A stretch of DNA of 64,000 nucleotides from Patescibacteria group bacterium (GCA_028717565.1 JAQUNP010000001.1:112997-176996), one strand, 5' to 3'; counted from the first letter of the stretch, positions 21,113 through 31,187 are shown. The notes: generated from the letters alone by a model not told the origin. Numbers and translations are program-made.

Positions 21113-21565
21113 TTGGACTTGTCTAAAATCTATATGAAGACCAAAGACGATTTTGCCGAGTTTACTAACCCCGACACCATTATTGGTGAGGGGGTGGCTG
21201 TTGAGGGTACGCTCAAAACCTTGGGCGATATTCAGATAAACGGAACTTTTAAGGGCAAATTGATGACTGAAGGCGATGTGGTTGTGGGGGAACATGCTAC
21301 GGTGGAGGCAGATATCAACGCAGAGAATGTACATGTGGCTGGTACTGTGATTGGCAACGTCAGCGCTCTGCACAAACTGGAAGTGTTAGACACTGGAGAG
21401 ATTGATGGCAATGTCAGTAGTTCAGCTCTAGTTATTGAAGCAGGTGGTGTGCTAAAAGGCACCAGCAAAATGCATGAAACTGAAGCTGAACGCCCAGACA
21501 TCGACCCGACTTACGAAGTGGAAGAGGGCACCGAAGTAGAAGACCAAGAGGAAATCTCAGCCTAA
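21113..21565 (+). CDS. Bactofilin (polymer-forming cytoskeletal protein)
   Basis: Repeating beta-helix pattern IIGEGVAVEGTL..DIQINGTFKGKL...VVVGEHATVEADI..VHVAGTVIGNV, followed by an acidic tail. Confidence 0.8.
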   Translation: MDLSKIYMKTKDDFAEFTNPDTIIGEGVAVEGTLKTLGDIQINGTFKGKLMTEGDVVVGEHATVEADINAENVHVAGTVIGNVSALHKLEVLDTGEIDGNVSSSALVIEAGGVLKGTSKMHETEAERPDIDPTYEVEEGTEVEDQEEISA

Positions 21566-21569
21566 AAAA

Positions 21570-22373
21570 ATGTATCTAATACTTGTTAATCCCGAAGCCG
21601 GTAACCATGCTTACAAGCGCATTGAAAAGAAGTTCAAGCGTTTACTTGAAATAGAAAATATTAAAGCCCGTATCGTTCTGGTAGAAGATTTGGCAGAGAT
21701 CCCCGAGCTGATCCGCCAACATCACAGACCCAGTGACCAAGCCGTAGTGGCCATGGGGGGAAATGCTACTGTTAACGCCACCATCAATGCCCTAGCCAAT
21801 CAAGATATCGCCTTGGGCATTATTCCAATCAGCCGAACCAATTTCTTGGCACGCCATTTAGGGTTTAGGAATTGGATCCAAGCCGTGAAAGCCCTAGCTA
21901 TCCCCCACTTGCAGAAATCTCGGGTCGGCAAGGTTGGTCAGCACTATTTTATTGGCGAGGTGCAAATCGCTTCTCGACACAACCTGTTGGCTGATTACAT
22001 CAACCAAGTTAATCCCATAAAAAAGTTCTTAGGGTTAAACCAACCCCCCACTAACGAGTCCAGCGACGTAGAAACAATTGTGGCTCTAGATGACGACCTA
22101 GTCATGTCCGGTACCGTAGAGAAAATGACAATTTCATTGAATGGCGTTAATGGTACAAAAAAGTTAAAGGTAGAAACGTTCTTAAAAGATAATTTGAATC
22201 AGGCACACTCCCTAATGCACGGTGACATCGTGGCGATTGCCAGCAAAACCAAAATGCCTGTGATCATGGGTAATGAAACTATCGCCCATACACCGGTAGA
22301 AATTAAGGGTGTGGCAAAATACATCAACTTGGTTGTCCCAGGTGAAAAATTGACGGAAGAAATAGTAGCGTGA
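21570..22373 (+). CDS. Diacylglycerol/lipid-kinase catalytic-domain-like protein (YegS/DAGK_cat family) with degenerate catalytic motifs
   Basis: ILVNPEAGN ... VVAMGGNATVNATINAL ... ALGIIPISRTNFLAR aligns with the canonical GGDGT(V/I)NEV ... LG(I/V)(L/I)PLGT(A/G)NDFAR, but with D to N, G to A and GT(A/G)ND to SRTNF substitutions. Confidence 0.65.
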   Translation: MYLILVNPEAGNHAYKRIEKKFKRLLEIENIKARIVLVEDLAEIPELIRQHHRPSDQAVVAMGGNATVNATINALANQDIALGIIPISRTNFLARHLGFRNWIQAVKALAIPHLQKSRVGKVGQHYFIGEVQIASRHNLLADYINQVNPIKKFLGLNQPPTNESSDVETIVALDDDLVMSGTVEKMTISLNGVNGTKKLKVETFLKDNLNQAHSLMHGDIVAIASKTKMPVIMGNETIAHTPVEIKGVAKYINLVVPGEKLTEEIVA

Positions 22374-22403
22374 TAATTTTTTAAGTAGGGACAAAAGATT
22401 ATA

Positions 22404-22934
22404 TTGAAGTACACAAGAACACCTTTTAGTGAGCCACGAATCAGAGCCAATGAGCGCATCCGGGTACCGGAGGTTTTTCTGATAGATGAAACCGGCAAGC
22501 CAGTTGGTAAAACCCCAACTGGCCAAGCTTTGGCTTTAGCCAAAGCTGCTGGTTTAGATTTAGTGGAAGTTTCGCCCAACATTCGGCCACCGGTAGCCAA
22601 AATCTTGGACTTTGGGAAATACAAATACGAACAGACCAAAGCCGCAGCCAAGGCCAAGAAGAAACAAAAAGATATTTCCAAGGAGATCCGGTTGGGAGTT
22701 AAGATTGGTGATGGCGATTTTGAGGTCAAGGCCAAGCGGGCTGAAAAGTTCTTAAGTCAAGGCGCCAAGCTGAAAGTGGCGGTGATGTTTCGAGGACGTG
22801 AAATCGTCCATAGCGACCTGGGCCACAAATTGATGGAAAGATTTATTGACAGATTAGAGGGAGTAGCTAAAATAGAACAAGCTCCACTCAAACAAGGGAG
22901 GAGCATTCATACTATTTTAGCGCCGAAGAAATAA
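22404..22934 (+). CDS. infC: Translation initiation factor IF-3
   Basis: ...RIRVPEV..IDETG...KILDFGKYKYE... plus the C-terminal domain. In-frame start is TTG at 22404, with an in-frame ATA at 22401. There is no ATG. Confidence 0.9.
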   Translation: MKYTRTPFSEPRIRANERIRVPEVFLIDETGKPVGKTPTGQALALAKAAGLDLVEVSPNIRPPVAKILDFGKYKYEQTKAAAKAKKKQKDISKEIRLGVKIGDGDFEVKAKRAEKFLSQGAKLKVAVMFRGREIVHSDLGHKLMERFIDRLEGVAKIEQAPLKQGRSIHTILAPKK

Positions 22935-22935
22935 A

Positions 22936-23130
22936 ATGCCTAAGATAAAAACTCATAAGGGTACCGCAAAACGGATTTCTATTACGAAGAGCGGGAAGCT
23001 AAAAAGACGCCAAGCGATGCAGTCGCACAATTTGTCTAAAAAAACTTCGGCTCGGAAACGCAAACTGGCTCGCCCAGCTGACGTGGCATCCGTTGATATC
23101 AAGCGAGTTCGGCGTTTGCTTAAAAAATAA
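22936..23130 (+). CDS. rpmI: 50S ribosomal protein L35
   Basis: MPKIKTHKGTAKR... 64 aa, immediately after infC. Confidence 0.9.
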   Translation: MPKIKTHKGTAKRISITKSGKLKRRQAMQSHNLSKKTSARKRKLARPADVASVDIKRVRRLLKK

Positions 23131-23133
23131 TCT

Positions 23134-23478
23134 ATGAGAATCAAGCGTGGGAAAACAGTTAATCGTAAGCACAAAAAGGTCTTAAAGGCGGCTAAGGGTT
23201 TTCGTACGCTAAGACGTACTAATATCAAGCTAGCTCGACAGGCAGTATTAAAAGCAGGTCAATATGCTTATCGAGATCGACGTGTAAAAAAACGTGACTT
23301 CCGAGCTTTATGGATTAATCGCATTAGCGCGGCTTTGGCAGGTTTGGAGCTGAAGTACAGTCGGTTTGTGGAGGCCTTAAAAAACAAGCAGGTTGGTCTG
23401 GACAGAAAGATTCTGGCCCAGCTAGCTACTACCCACCCAGAGGTTTTCGATCGAGTGGTGCGGGAAGTGGTCAAATAA
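23134..23478 (+). CDS. rplT: 50S ribosomal protein L20
   Basis: MRIKRGKTVNRKHKKVLK...YAYRDRR.KKRDFR.LWI.RI.AA. Confidence 0.92.
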   Translation: MRIKRGKTVNRKHKKVLKAAKGFRTLRRTNIKLARQAVLKAGQYAYRDRRVKKRDFRALWINRISAALAGLELKYSRFVEALKNKQVGLDRKILAQLATTHPEVFDRVVREVVK

Positions 23479-23548
23479 ATTTAAAAAGCATTTTTACAAA
23501 ACACTCCGGTTTATACCGGAGTGTTTTGATCTGCAGACCAATCAGTAA

Positions 23549-23941
23549 CTAATACGCCGCTAAGGCCAACCATAGCAGGCCAGCACCAATCACTAGCGAG
23601 ATTAAGCCAAAGAAGCTCGTAGTCGCCCCTGGAGGGCAATAGAGCTTGATCATTCTTTTCACGGTATCAGGAAACAGCATGATCCAAGCTCCCTTGATAA
23701 GGCTCAGCCAACCCAAAAGTGGAATTACCCAGTACCAATTAGGCAAAGCGATGCGGTACTCGTGTCCGAGCACAACCAAGCCAAGAATCAGAGCCATCAG
23801 GCTCCAGGTGAACAGTTGGCTTGGCGAGGTGGCTAGATCGGCTACGACCTTACAAAAATCTTTGTTTCTAAAAAGTAATAACAAGCCAACCATAATCAAC
23901 AGGCCAGCAAAGATAAGAGCGATGATTGCAAATGTAGTCAT
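23549..23941 (-). CDS. Small integral membrane protein (4 predicted TM), function unknown
   Basis: Hydrophobicity pattern only. Confidence 0.5.
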   Translation of the reverse strand: MTTFAIIALIFAGLLIMVGLLLLFRNKDFCKVVADLATSPSQLFTWSLMALILGLVVLGHEYRIALPNWYWVIPLLGWLSLIKGAWIMLFPDTVKRMIKLYCPPGATTSFFGLISLVIGAGLLWLALAAY

Positions 23942-23953
23942 AGTAAATTGTTT

Positions 23954-25993
23954 TTAATTAATCCCTATATATTCGACCCCAAAGTTAGCATCCTGTATAA
24001 ATTTGTCGTCAAATAAAAGCTTGTGTTTGCTACCATCTGCAAATTGTAGCGCTGGAGATAAATGCACAACCGAAGACAGCCGAGTGTTGTTGGCGCCAGC
24101 TTGCTTTTGGAGATATAGCTGATACAGATGGTCATCCGTCACATCTGTGGGGAGAGTATACCGAAGAGTCAGGCGACTGGTGGCGCCGGGTTCAGTAGTA
24201 ACCCAAAATGCAAAAACTGTTTTGCCCGACTCGTCAAAAGTTTCTGCTGTCGTGCCATAATCTTGACCAGTATAGTCGCCTAGCTGACTACCAAGTGGGA
24301 CATAAATACGCAAGTAGTTCTTATTGGTGCCGTCGGGGAATTCACTGGTACCGGTATGGGTATAGGTTAATGCCAGTTCGTCAGTAATTTCGCCGGCGAT
24401 ATTAATATTGGCTACATGCTCAATGTCTTGAATCAGATGCTGACTACTTTTAGTCCCACCTAAATTACTTTGGACCACGCTCAAGAAATCCCCCACACCA
24501 TCCACCGCCACCGTGCCAGCCGCATTAAGTTGGTGTGCAACCTGTTGAAGACGCAGATTATTGAAATACAGCAACACATCTTTGCTGGCAATCCGATCCA
24601 GAAGAGCTGTGTAGGTTTGCTGCAGCTGGCCCTGATTAGCCGACATCAGTCGCTCCATCAGAATAGGAGCTAGTTCGGTTAATACTTCCTTGGGGTTCTC
24701 TTGCTGATTATCAATGAGCTCTACTTGCTGCTGGGTGGTCTCAACAAAATTGTCGGCTGTGATTTCGAGGTCTTTGCTGGCAATATAAATCGGGCCAAAA
24801 ACTTTTAGAATATCCTCAATGATAGTGGGGTTAATGGCAATAATCCCATCAGCCGTGCCTCCCCCGCCCTGTTCGTAGAGCTTTTGAAAACTTTGGGCGC
24901 TGGTGGGAAAGTCCAAATACCAATTTGAATCTCGGGTACCAAACTGGGTAGTGACTGCTCTCAGCGGTGCTGGCATGATGGCGTCACCAGCGTGGCCAAG
25001 TTGACCGTCAACCCGCTGGGTAATGTCGACTTTAATATCCTGAATCTTGCCTTGGTAGATTTCCATCCATACGAAGCTACCTAAAAATCCACCCGTAGCC
25101 CGTAGCTCATTGTTATTTTGATTAAGGATTAGATAATGCCGAGGATTTTTAAAGCCAAGCGCGTCAGGCAGCTCTTTGGCCAAGGTTCCCAAAATACTAA
25201 CCAGTTCTTGTAAACGAGCGGTTTTGGTTTGAGCTTCATTTAATGCACTGGCATAAGCTGTACCGACTATTGTGGGATTAACGTTGACCAGTAACGTATG
25301 GGCTCTATCGATTTTGGCAAGAGCGCGGTCGAAGTCAGCAGAACTGGCTTGGAGCAGGGTGACCATTTGGATAGTAAAATCATCGACCGCCAAGGTGCTT
25401 ACCGAAGTGCCGTTTAAATATTGAAAAATTGGCTGTGTGGCATCCAGCATAATTTGGCCAGCTTGTGCCAAGTTTATCCCACTGTCGATCAGCTGCTGTC
25501 CCGCCACAATCTGGGACCTGTCGGCCGCTAGACCAGATAGGTAGAGGTTGGTTTGGCCTAGAGATAGAACCTCTTTTTGAGCAGTAGCAAACAGATTTTC
25601 AGCAGCCAGAAAATCACCTTGAGCAGCCAGCATGTCTTGCTCGGTCAAAGCTACGGCAGCAGCGGCTAGTTTGTCCATGCCTCGCAGTGACAAGTCGGTG
25701 ATTTGACCACGTAAATTATTAGCTCCCCCGTAAATAAATAGACCTCCGATATATAAAATGGCCGCCAAGATTAGAATTAGAACGGCCCGTAATATCCCCA
25801 TACCCGACAGTGAGGCAGACGCCTGCGAGCTCTCAAAGTTCATATCCACAATGGAAGTGGGATGATTAGTGGTAAGTAGTGAGACAGCCGCAACATTCCG
25901 AGAGGTCGTTGTACCAGAGCTGGGCTCATGAAAAGCAATCCGATGTTTATCGGATTTCGGTTTGAGATAGTAGTACTTTGACTTCTCCCCCAT
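23954..25993 (-). CDS. DUF4012-like membrane-anchored extracytoplasmic protein, associated with the polysaccharide locus
   Basis: Cytoplasmic N-terminus, one TM, then a large exported region containing NPRHYLILNQNNNELRATGGFLGSF, recalled as the DUF4012 core motif. Directly upstream of GT4/GT4/WbaP. Confidence 0.6.
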   Translation of the reverse strand: MGEKSKYYYLKPKSDKHRIAFHEPSSGTTTSRNVAAVSLLTTNHPTSIVDMNFESSQASASLSGMGILRAVLILILAAILYIGGLFIYGGANNLRGQITDLSLRGMDKLAAAAVALTEQDMLAAQGDFLAAENLFATAQKEVLSLGQTNLYLSGLAADRSQIVAGQQLIDSGINLAQAGQIMLDATQPIFQYLNGTSVSTLAVDDFTIQMVTLLQASSADFDRALAKIDRAHTLLVNVNPTIVGTAYASALNEAQTKTARLQELVSILGTLAKELPDALGFKNPRHYLILNQNNNELRATGGFLGSFVWMEIYQGKIQDIKVDITQRVDGQLGHAGDAIMPAPLRAVTTQFGTRDSNWYLDFPTSAQSFQKLYEQGGGGTADGIIAINPTIIEDILKVFGPIYIASKDLEITADNFVETTQQQVELIDNQQENPKEVLTELAPILMERLMSANQGQLQQTYTALLDRIASKDVLLYFNNLRLQQVAHQLNAAGTVAVDGVGDFLSVVQSNLGGTKSSQHLIQDIEHVANINIAGEITDELALTYTHTGTSEFPDGTNKNYLRIYVPLGSQLGDYTGQDYGTTAETFDESGKTVFAFWVTTEPGATSRLTLRYTLPTDVTDDHLYQLYLQKQAGANNTRLSSVVHLSPALQFADGSKHKLLFDDKFIQDANFGVEYIGIN

Positions 25994-25998
25994 ACAAT

Positions 25999-27171
25999 TT
26001 ATGTTTTAACGACTCGTTGAAATATTTCCAAAGTTTGCTTGGCGGCCTTTTCCCAAGTAAACGACTCGGCTCGCAAACGTCCTTGGTGAACCAGCTGGCT
26101 CCGTAACGTCGCATCGTGAGCAATCTGGGCAAGGGCATCGGCCATGGCCTGAACATCGTCAGGAGAAACTGTGAGGGCTGCCTTGCCAGCCACTTCTGGT
26201 AGTGCCCCTCGATCGCTGATAATGACCGGGCAACCAGCTGCAAAGGCCTCCAGCACCATCAGCCCGAATCCCTCGTAGAAGGACGGGAAGACAAAGGCAC
26301 AAGCATATTGCATCAGGGCAATTTTCTCCCGATCGCTGACTCGGCCAGTGAAAATAACGTCCTGAGCCAGTCCGAGTTCCTGAACAAGTTGATAAAGATC
26401 AGAGCTTAGCCAACTTTTGCTCCCCGACAGCACCAATTTCATTGTATCAGAATGCTTTTGCTGATAAATTTTTAACGCCAAAATCACACTCTTCAAATTT
26501 TTGCGTGGCTCAATGCTGCCAATGTAATAAATGAATTTTTCTGGCAAATTAAACTTGGCCTTAAGATCCGCAAAGATGTGCGCATCTTTGCCAGCAAAAT
26601 ACTCCTTGCCCACCCCCTCGTAAACCACCCTAATTTTCTTAGGGTCAGCTTTAACTAGGCGAACTAGGTCTTGTTTAGTGGTGTGCGATACCGCAATCAC
26701 AGCATCGGAGGTTCTGGCTTCGTAGGGATAGCTCATCTGCCACTGCCATAATCGAGATGACAAGGTATAGAATTGTGGATAAATCAAGAAGATTAGGTCG
26801 TGGAAAGTGGTTACCTTTTTACATTTTCGACTAAGCGGTAAAAGTCGGGGTGCTGGCATAAACATGATGTCTAGTCCCCCACAAATCACATCGGCCTTGG
26901 GCCAGTTGAGTGGTTTAAAGAAGGCATGCAAGAGCAGCGGGAAATTCACCCATTTGAGTTTTTTTACCTCAACATTAGCATTGGCCAAAAAGGGATACTC
27001 TTTTCTAAGTTTTTGTAAAACCTCATCTTGATCACGATAAGCCACGTAAAACAAAACATATGTGTTAGTCGTATCAATGGCTAGCAGGTTTTTTAAAATT
27101 TGCAGAGTGTACTGCTCTACCCCGCTAATTTGGCCGGTTAAAACTCCTCTGAAATCAACACCGATCCGCAT
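25999..27171 (-). CDS. Glycosyltransferase family 4 (GT-B)
   Basis: C-terminal FPSFYEGFGLMVLEAFAAGCPVI motif (E-x7-E). Confidence 0.85.
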   Translation of the reverse strand: MRIGVDFRGVLTGQISGVEQYTLQILKNLLAIDTTNTYVLFYVAYRDQDEVLQKLRKEYPFLANANVEVKKLKWVNFPLLLHAFFKPLNWPKADVICGGLDIMFMPAPRLLPLSRKCKKVTTFHDLIFLIYPQFYTLSSRLWQWQMSYPYEARTSDAVIAVSHTTKQDLVRLVKADPKKIRVVYEGVGKEYFAGKDAHIFADLKAKFNLPEKFIYYIGSIEPRKNLKSVILALKIYQQKHSDTMKLVLSGSKSWLSSDLYQLVQELGLAQDVIFTGRVSDREKIALMQYACAFVFPSFYEGFGLMVLEAFAAGCPVIISDRGALPEVAGKAALTVSPDDVQAMADALAQIAHDATLRSQLVHQGRLRAESFTWEKAAKQTLEIFQRVVKT

Positions 27172-27172
27172 G

Positions 27173-28300
27173 CTATAACATCCTTTCTACCAAGTACTTT
27201 TCAATCACTTCAAACAGGCGTTGTTTAAAGATGTCGTTATCGAACTGACGGGCTTGCTCCCGACAGGCCTCCGGACTAATCGACATATTCTCAAAGCGCT
27301 CAATCGCCCCGATCAGACTAGTCGACGTCTGCTCATCGAAAAATGTTCCGGTGACACCTTCCACAACGGTTTCCAAAGCCCCGCCTTTGCCGAAGGCAAT
27401 TACTGGTTTGCCAGCCGCCATCGCCTCCAGCGGCACTATGCCGAAATCCTCCTCTTGCGGGAAGATTAAGGCCTTGCAGCCAGCAAAATAGTTGGTGACT
27501 GCCTCGTCACTTGGAGAGCCCAAAAATTCAGTGGCCGGGGATTTCGATAACTTTTGCAAACGCTCCAGCTCCGGACCGGTACCAATTATTTTTAACGGGC
27601 GTTGCAGATGATTCATGGCTTCCACAACTACGTCAGTACGTTTGTAAGGAATCTGTCGGCCTACTACCAAGTAGTATCCCCCGTCAGTTGATTGAAGCGA
27701 ACCAAACCGAGAGAAATCAACCGGAGCTTGGACCACTTCGGATTTGCGTTCGTAATATTTTTGAATACGTTTCTGCGTGTTGAACGAATTGGCGACAAAG
27801 ACGTCGACCCTGTCAGCTGCTACCCGATCCCAGATTCTCAATTTATGAATTAGGGCTGGCATGAAGGCTTTAAAAAATGGGTCTAAAATCCCGAATTGAT
27901 TTCTTTTGAGATATTCGTGATAGTGACTCCAGAAATACCTGGTGGGCGTATGGCAATAACAAACATGCAGAGTTTCTGGCTTGGTAATAACGCCTTTGGC
28001 TTCAGAGTGAGCTGAAGACAAGACCAAGTCATAGCTATCAAGATTCATGCTTTCAAATGCCCGGGGTCTAAAAATAGTAAACAATTGGTGTCTGAACTTG
28101 AAGGGCAATTTTTGCAAATAAGTCGTAAAAATTCGCCTGTTCTTTAGCTCCGGAAAAGACGCAGATTGAAAAACCGATGTATAAATATCGGCGTTGGGAA
28201 ACATTTCAGCGAACAATAAAACCACTCGCTCAGCCCCTCCCCTGCCAGTTAGCCAGTCCGCGACAATAGCGACTTTCAAATCCTCCTTGGCTTTTTCCAT
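27173..28300 (-). CDS. Glycosyltransferase family 4 (GT-B)
   Basis: IFPQEEDFGIVPLEAMAAGKPVIA motif. Confidence 0.85.
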   Translation of the reverse strand: MEKAKEDLKVAIVADWLTGRGGAERVVLLFAEMFPNADIYTSVFQSASFPELKNRRIFTTYLQKLPFKFRHQLFTIFRPRAFESMNLDSYDLVLSSAHSEAKGVITKPETLHVCYCHTPTRYFWSHYHEYLKRNQFGILDPFFKAFMPALIHKLRIWDRVAADRVDVFVANSFNTQKRIQKYYERKSEVVQAPVDFSRFGSLQSTDGGYYLVVGRQIPYKRTDVVVEAMNHLQRPLKIIGTGPELERLQKLSKSPATEFLGSPSDEAVTNYFAGCKALIFPQEEDFGIVPLEAMAAGKPVIAFGKGGALETVVEGVTGTFFDEQTSTSLIGAIERFENMSISPEACREQARQFDNDIFKQRLFEVIEKYLVERML

Positions 28301-28319
28301 GGGTGTATTATATCAGGTT

Positions 28320-29702
28320 TTAGTAGCTACCCTTACGAGAAAAGACGGCTTTGAAGGTGAGTAAAATGATTTTGATGTCGAGCCAAAGCGACCAGTGTTC
28401 AATATAGAAAGTATCTAGCTTAACATAATCCTCGAAGGAAGCGTCACTCCGTCCCGAGGCTTGCCACAAGCCCGTCACACCGGGTTTGATCAGTAGCCGG
28501 CGCTTGGTAGCATCATCGTATTGTGCCACTTCGCTGGGCAGAGCTGGACGGGGGCCCACCGCACTCATGTTGCCGATGAAAACGTTAAATAGCTGGGGGA
28601 GTTCGTCTAGAGATGTCCGCCGGATAAATTTACCGACCCGAGTAACCCGAGGATCGTCTTTAATCTTGAAAAGCAGCCCCGAGGCCTCATTGAGTTCAGC
28701 GGCTAGCTTGGCTCGCAAGGCCTCGGCCTGTTTGCCACCATAGCCCTCACCCGTGGACATTTCGGTGTACATGGAACGAAATTTGTAGAAGGTAAAGAGT
28801 TCCCCTCTGCGTCCCACCCGTGGTTGCGCAAAGATGATTGGCCCTTTTGAGTTTAGCTTGATAGCTGTGGCCACGGCCAACATCACCGGAGACAGCACTA
28901 TGATACCTATGGTGCTCACCACAATATCAAAGGTTCGTTTTGCAATTCGGCCCCAGCCAGCCAAGGGGGTTGGCGACAGTTCAATAATCGGGTAACCAGA
29001 AATGGTATCAATAGTCATTTGCGAAGTATAAAGGCCGGTTAAACTGGGGATATATTGCAGGGCGATGCCATTGTCTTCACAGAAACGAATCAGTTGCAAC
29101 ATAGCGTCGCGGTCTAGCTCGTAGCCCACAATGACACGGTCGGCTTGTTTCAAAATATTCCAGTCAGGTGAAGCGAGAACGGCCAACAGGGCCTGACTGG
29201 GACGCATACCTTCTACATGACTACGCAAAATGGTGGCGACCCTGTCTTTAGCCACTATTACCACTTTTTCTACTCCCGCTCCGGAGTATTGAAACCACTG
29301 GCGAATAAAACTTAATAAACTGCGTCCGATCAAGAGACAAATCGGAGTTAAAATCCATAAATAGATCACAATCAGCCTGGAGAAAAACGTGGTTTTAGTT
29401 AAAAACAAGACAATAATTAAAAGCGCCAAGGCAACGGAGGAGGCCACCATGAAGCGAGCTGCTAAGCCAAGTGTGTTTTTAAAACCCTTGAAACTATACA
29501 GCCCTAAACACGCCAAAGTTAACACCCAAAGCAAACCAGCCCATAGGGCAAAAACTATAAAATCATCAAATGGCTGGACAAAGATGACCTCTTTGAACTG
29601 CCAGTTAACCCGTAGCCAGTAGGCCACCAAAAAGCTGACCCACACGGCCACAAAATCGGTTGGGAGAGCTAGGAGAGTAAAAATTTGAGAAAACCTTTTC
29701 AT
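28320..29702 (-). CDS. Polyprenyl-phosphate hexose-1-phosphate transferase (WbaP/bacterial sugar transferase family), the initiating enzyme
   Basis: N-terminal multi-TM region. C-terminal catalytic domain ...FYKFRSM...[17 protein letters not shown].... Confidence 0.85.
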   Translation of the reverse strand: MKRFSQIFTLLALPTDFVAVWVSFLVAYWLRVNWQFKEVIFVQPFDDFIVFALWAGLLWVLTLACLGLYSFKGFKNTLGLAARFMVASSVALALLIIVLFLTKTTFFSRLIVIYLWILTPICLLIGRSLLSFIRQWFQYSGAGVEKVVIVAKDRVATILRSHVEGMRPSQALLAVLASPDWNILKQADRVIVGYELDRDAMLQLIRFCEDNGIALQYIPSLTGLYTSQMTIDTISGYPIIELSPTPLAGWGRIAKRTFDIVVSTIGIIVLSPVMLAVATAIKLNSKGPIIFAQPRVGRRGELFTFYKFRSMYTEMSTGEGYGGKQAEALRAKLAAELNEASGLLFKIKDDPRVTRVGKFIRRTSLDELPQLFNVFIGNMSAVGPRPALPSEVAQYDDATKRRLLIKPGVTGLWQASGRSDASFEDYVKLDTFYIEHWSLWLDIKIILLTFKAVFSRKGSY

Positions 29703-29727
29703 ATGACTTCCCCACCATTTGACTATC

Positions 29728-29804
29728 TGGTGGGCGATACTGGATTCGAACCAGTGACCTCATCAACGTCAATGATGCGCTCTAGCCAACTGAGCTAATC
29801 GCCC
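29728..29804 (-). tRNA. tRNA-Val(GAC)
   Basis: Reverse complement reads GGGCGATTAGCTCAGTTGGCTAGAGCG CATCA TTGACGT TGATG ... GGTTCGAATCC ... CCCACCA. Confidence 0.85.
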
Positions 29805-29832
29805 TCATAGAATAAGGTATCTTAAAGCGAAC

Positions 29833-30492
29833 CTATTTGCCAAGTATTTCTGCAATCCGAGCCCGAATAGTTTCAATTGCATCTTCAAGTTCTGTGAAGT
29901 CACGATTGTTATTGATAATCAAATCAGCGTAATCTTTGCCTGGTTCGACGTAGCGGTCATGCATCGGCTGAGCTGATGTCAAATATTGGTTGAGAGATTC
30001 GCTATACGTCCGATCCCGTCTGCCAACGTCCCGAGCCAATCGCCGAGCCAATCGAATATCTGCGTCAACTTCAACAAAGATCGTTAAATCCAGCACCTCT
30101 CGGACTCGCTTATCGGTTAAGATCAAGATGCCTTCAACAATGATAACTGGTGCAGGTTTGACTAATTTGGATTTAGTTTTACGTGTATGGGTCGTAAAAT
30201 CATACTCTGGCATATCAATGGCCTCGCCCTTTTTCAGTTGACCTAGCTGTTTTACAAACAGCTCTTCGTCAATAGCAGCGGGCTCATCGTAATTGAGCTC
30301 CTTGCGCTGCATCAGAGGGATGTGGCTCCTGTCTTTGTAATAATTATCGTGAGAGAGAATCAAGACCTGTTTGGGGTCTACCTTTTGCAAAGCCCGAGCA
30401 ATATAAGACTTACCGGAGCCCGTCCCCCCAGCAATTCCGATCAAAAACGGCTTGATTTTCCTTACCATGGACTTATTATGCCACAATTTCAA
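29833..30492 (-). CDS. udk: Uridine kinase
   Basis: P-loop IGIAGGTGSGKS ... SHDNYYKD ... YDFTTHTR ... EGIL ... DADIRLARR. The start may be the internal Met at 30468. Confidence 0.8.
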   Translation of the reverse strand: MKLWHNKSMVRKIKPFLIGIAGGTGSGKSYIARALQKVDPKQVLILSHDNYYKDRSHIPLMQRKELNYDEPAAIDEELFVKQLGQLKKGEAIDMPEYDFTTHTRKTKSKLVKPAPVIIVEGILILTDKRVREVLDLTIFVEVDADIRLARRLARDVGRRDRTYSESLNQYLTSAQPMHDRYVEPGKDYADLIINNNRDFTELEDAIETIRARIAEILGK

Positions 30493-30552
30493 TGGCTCAA
30501 CTTTTGAGCCATTGAGCTCTTTACAAAATAAGCCCGAAAAGGTAGCATGGAG

Positions 30553-31102
30553 GCGCTCTTTGCAAATGTGTAGTCGCTGCTCCAGTTATCTGGAGTGGAG
30601 GAAAGTCCGGACACCATCTCAAACCTGATGAGTTGCTAACGGCAACCAAGCGCAAGCTTAGGGAAAGTGCCACAGAGACAATACTAGGATTGCTTCCTAT
30701 CTGTAAAAGGAAAGGAGAGCAGGACTGCTTGTTTCTAACTTGTTAGAAATTGGCTTTTGCCAACAGTCCGTTGAGAGGAAAACCTTGGGTTTGCCTCTCA
30801 ATGTCTAAAAGGTGAAAAGTAATCAGATGTTAATGTGTCGATGATTTAAGACAATCTTAAATCTTGGCTCCAGAGCTACTGATTGACCTCCGCCGTGAGG
30901 CGGATGTGTGGGTAAACCCTTGTCGGTGCAAGTTGGGTGGGTGGAGATATATCAATGGAATGGGTTTGAGTCAGATATATCTGCATCCCAACGCTTGAGG
31001 CATGTGGCGACGCATGCCCTAGATAGATGACTACTAAACCCCCAAAGTTTTTCAACATTTTGGGGAACAAACAGAATCCGGCTTATAGTTTGCAAAGAGC
31101 TT
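30553..31102 (+). ncRNA. rnpB: RNase P RNA (bacterial), unusually long at about 550 nt
   Basis: Universally conserved GGAGGAAAGTCCGGAC (P4 5' strand, 30597..30612) and ACAGAATCCGGCTTATAG (P4 3' strand, about 31070). P1 is formed by gctctttgcaaa (30555..30566) pairing with tttgcaaagagc (31089..31100). Confidence 0.8.
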
Positions 31103-31187
31103 GAAAAGAAAAACTCTCGTTGATGAGGGTTTTTCTGTATCTAAAGAACCCTGTTGCAGACAGACGAATCTTGATAAACTATGAAGT

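Noticed and set aside
21056-21373. 105-aa minus-strand ORF
   Set aside because: It is antisense to the well-supported bactofilin gene and has no RBS.
30876-31070. 64-aa minus-strand ORF
   Set aside because: It lies inside the RNase P RNA gene.
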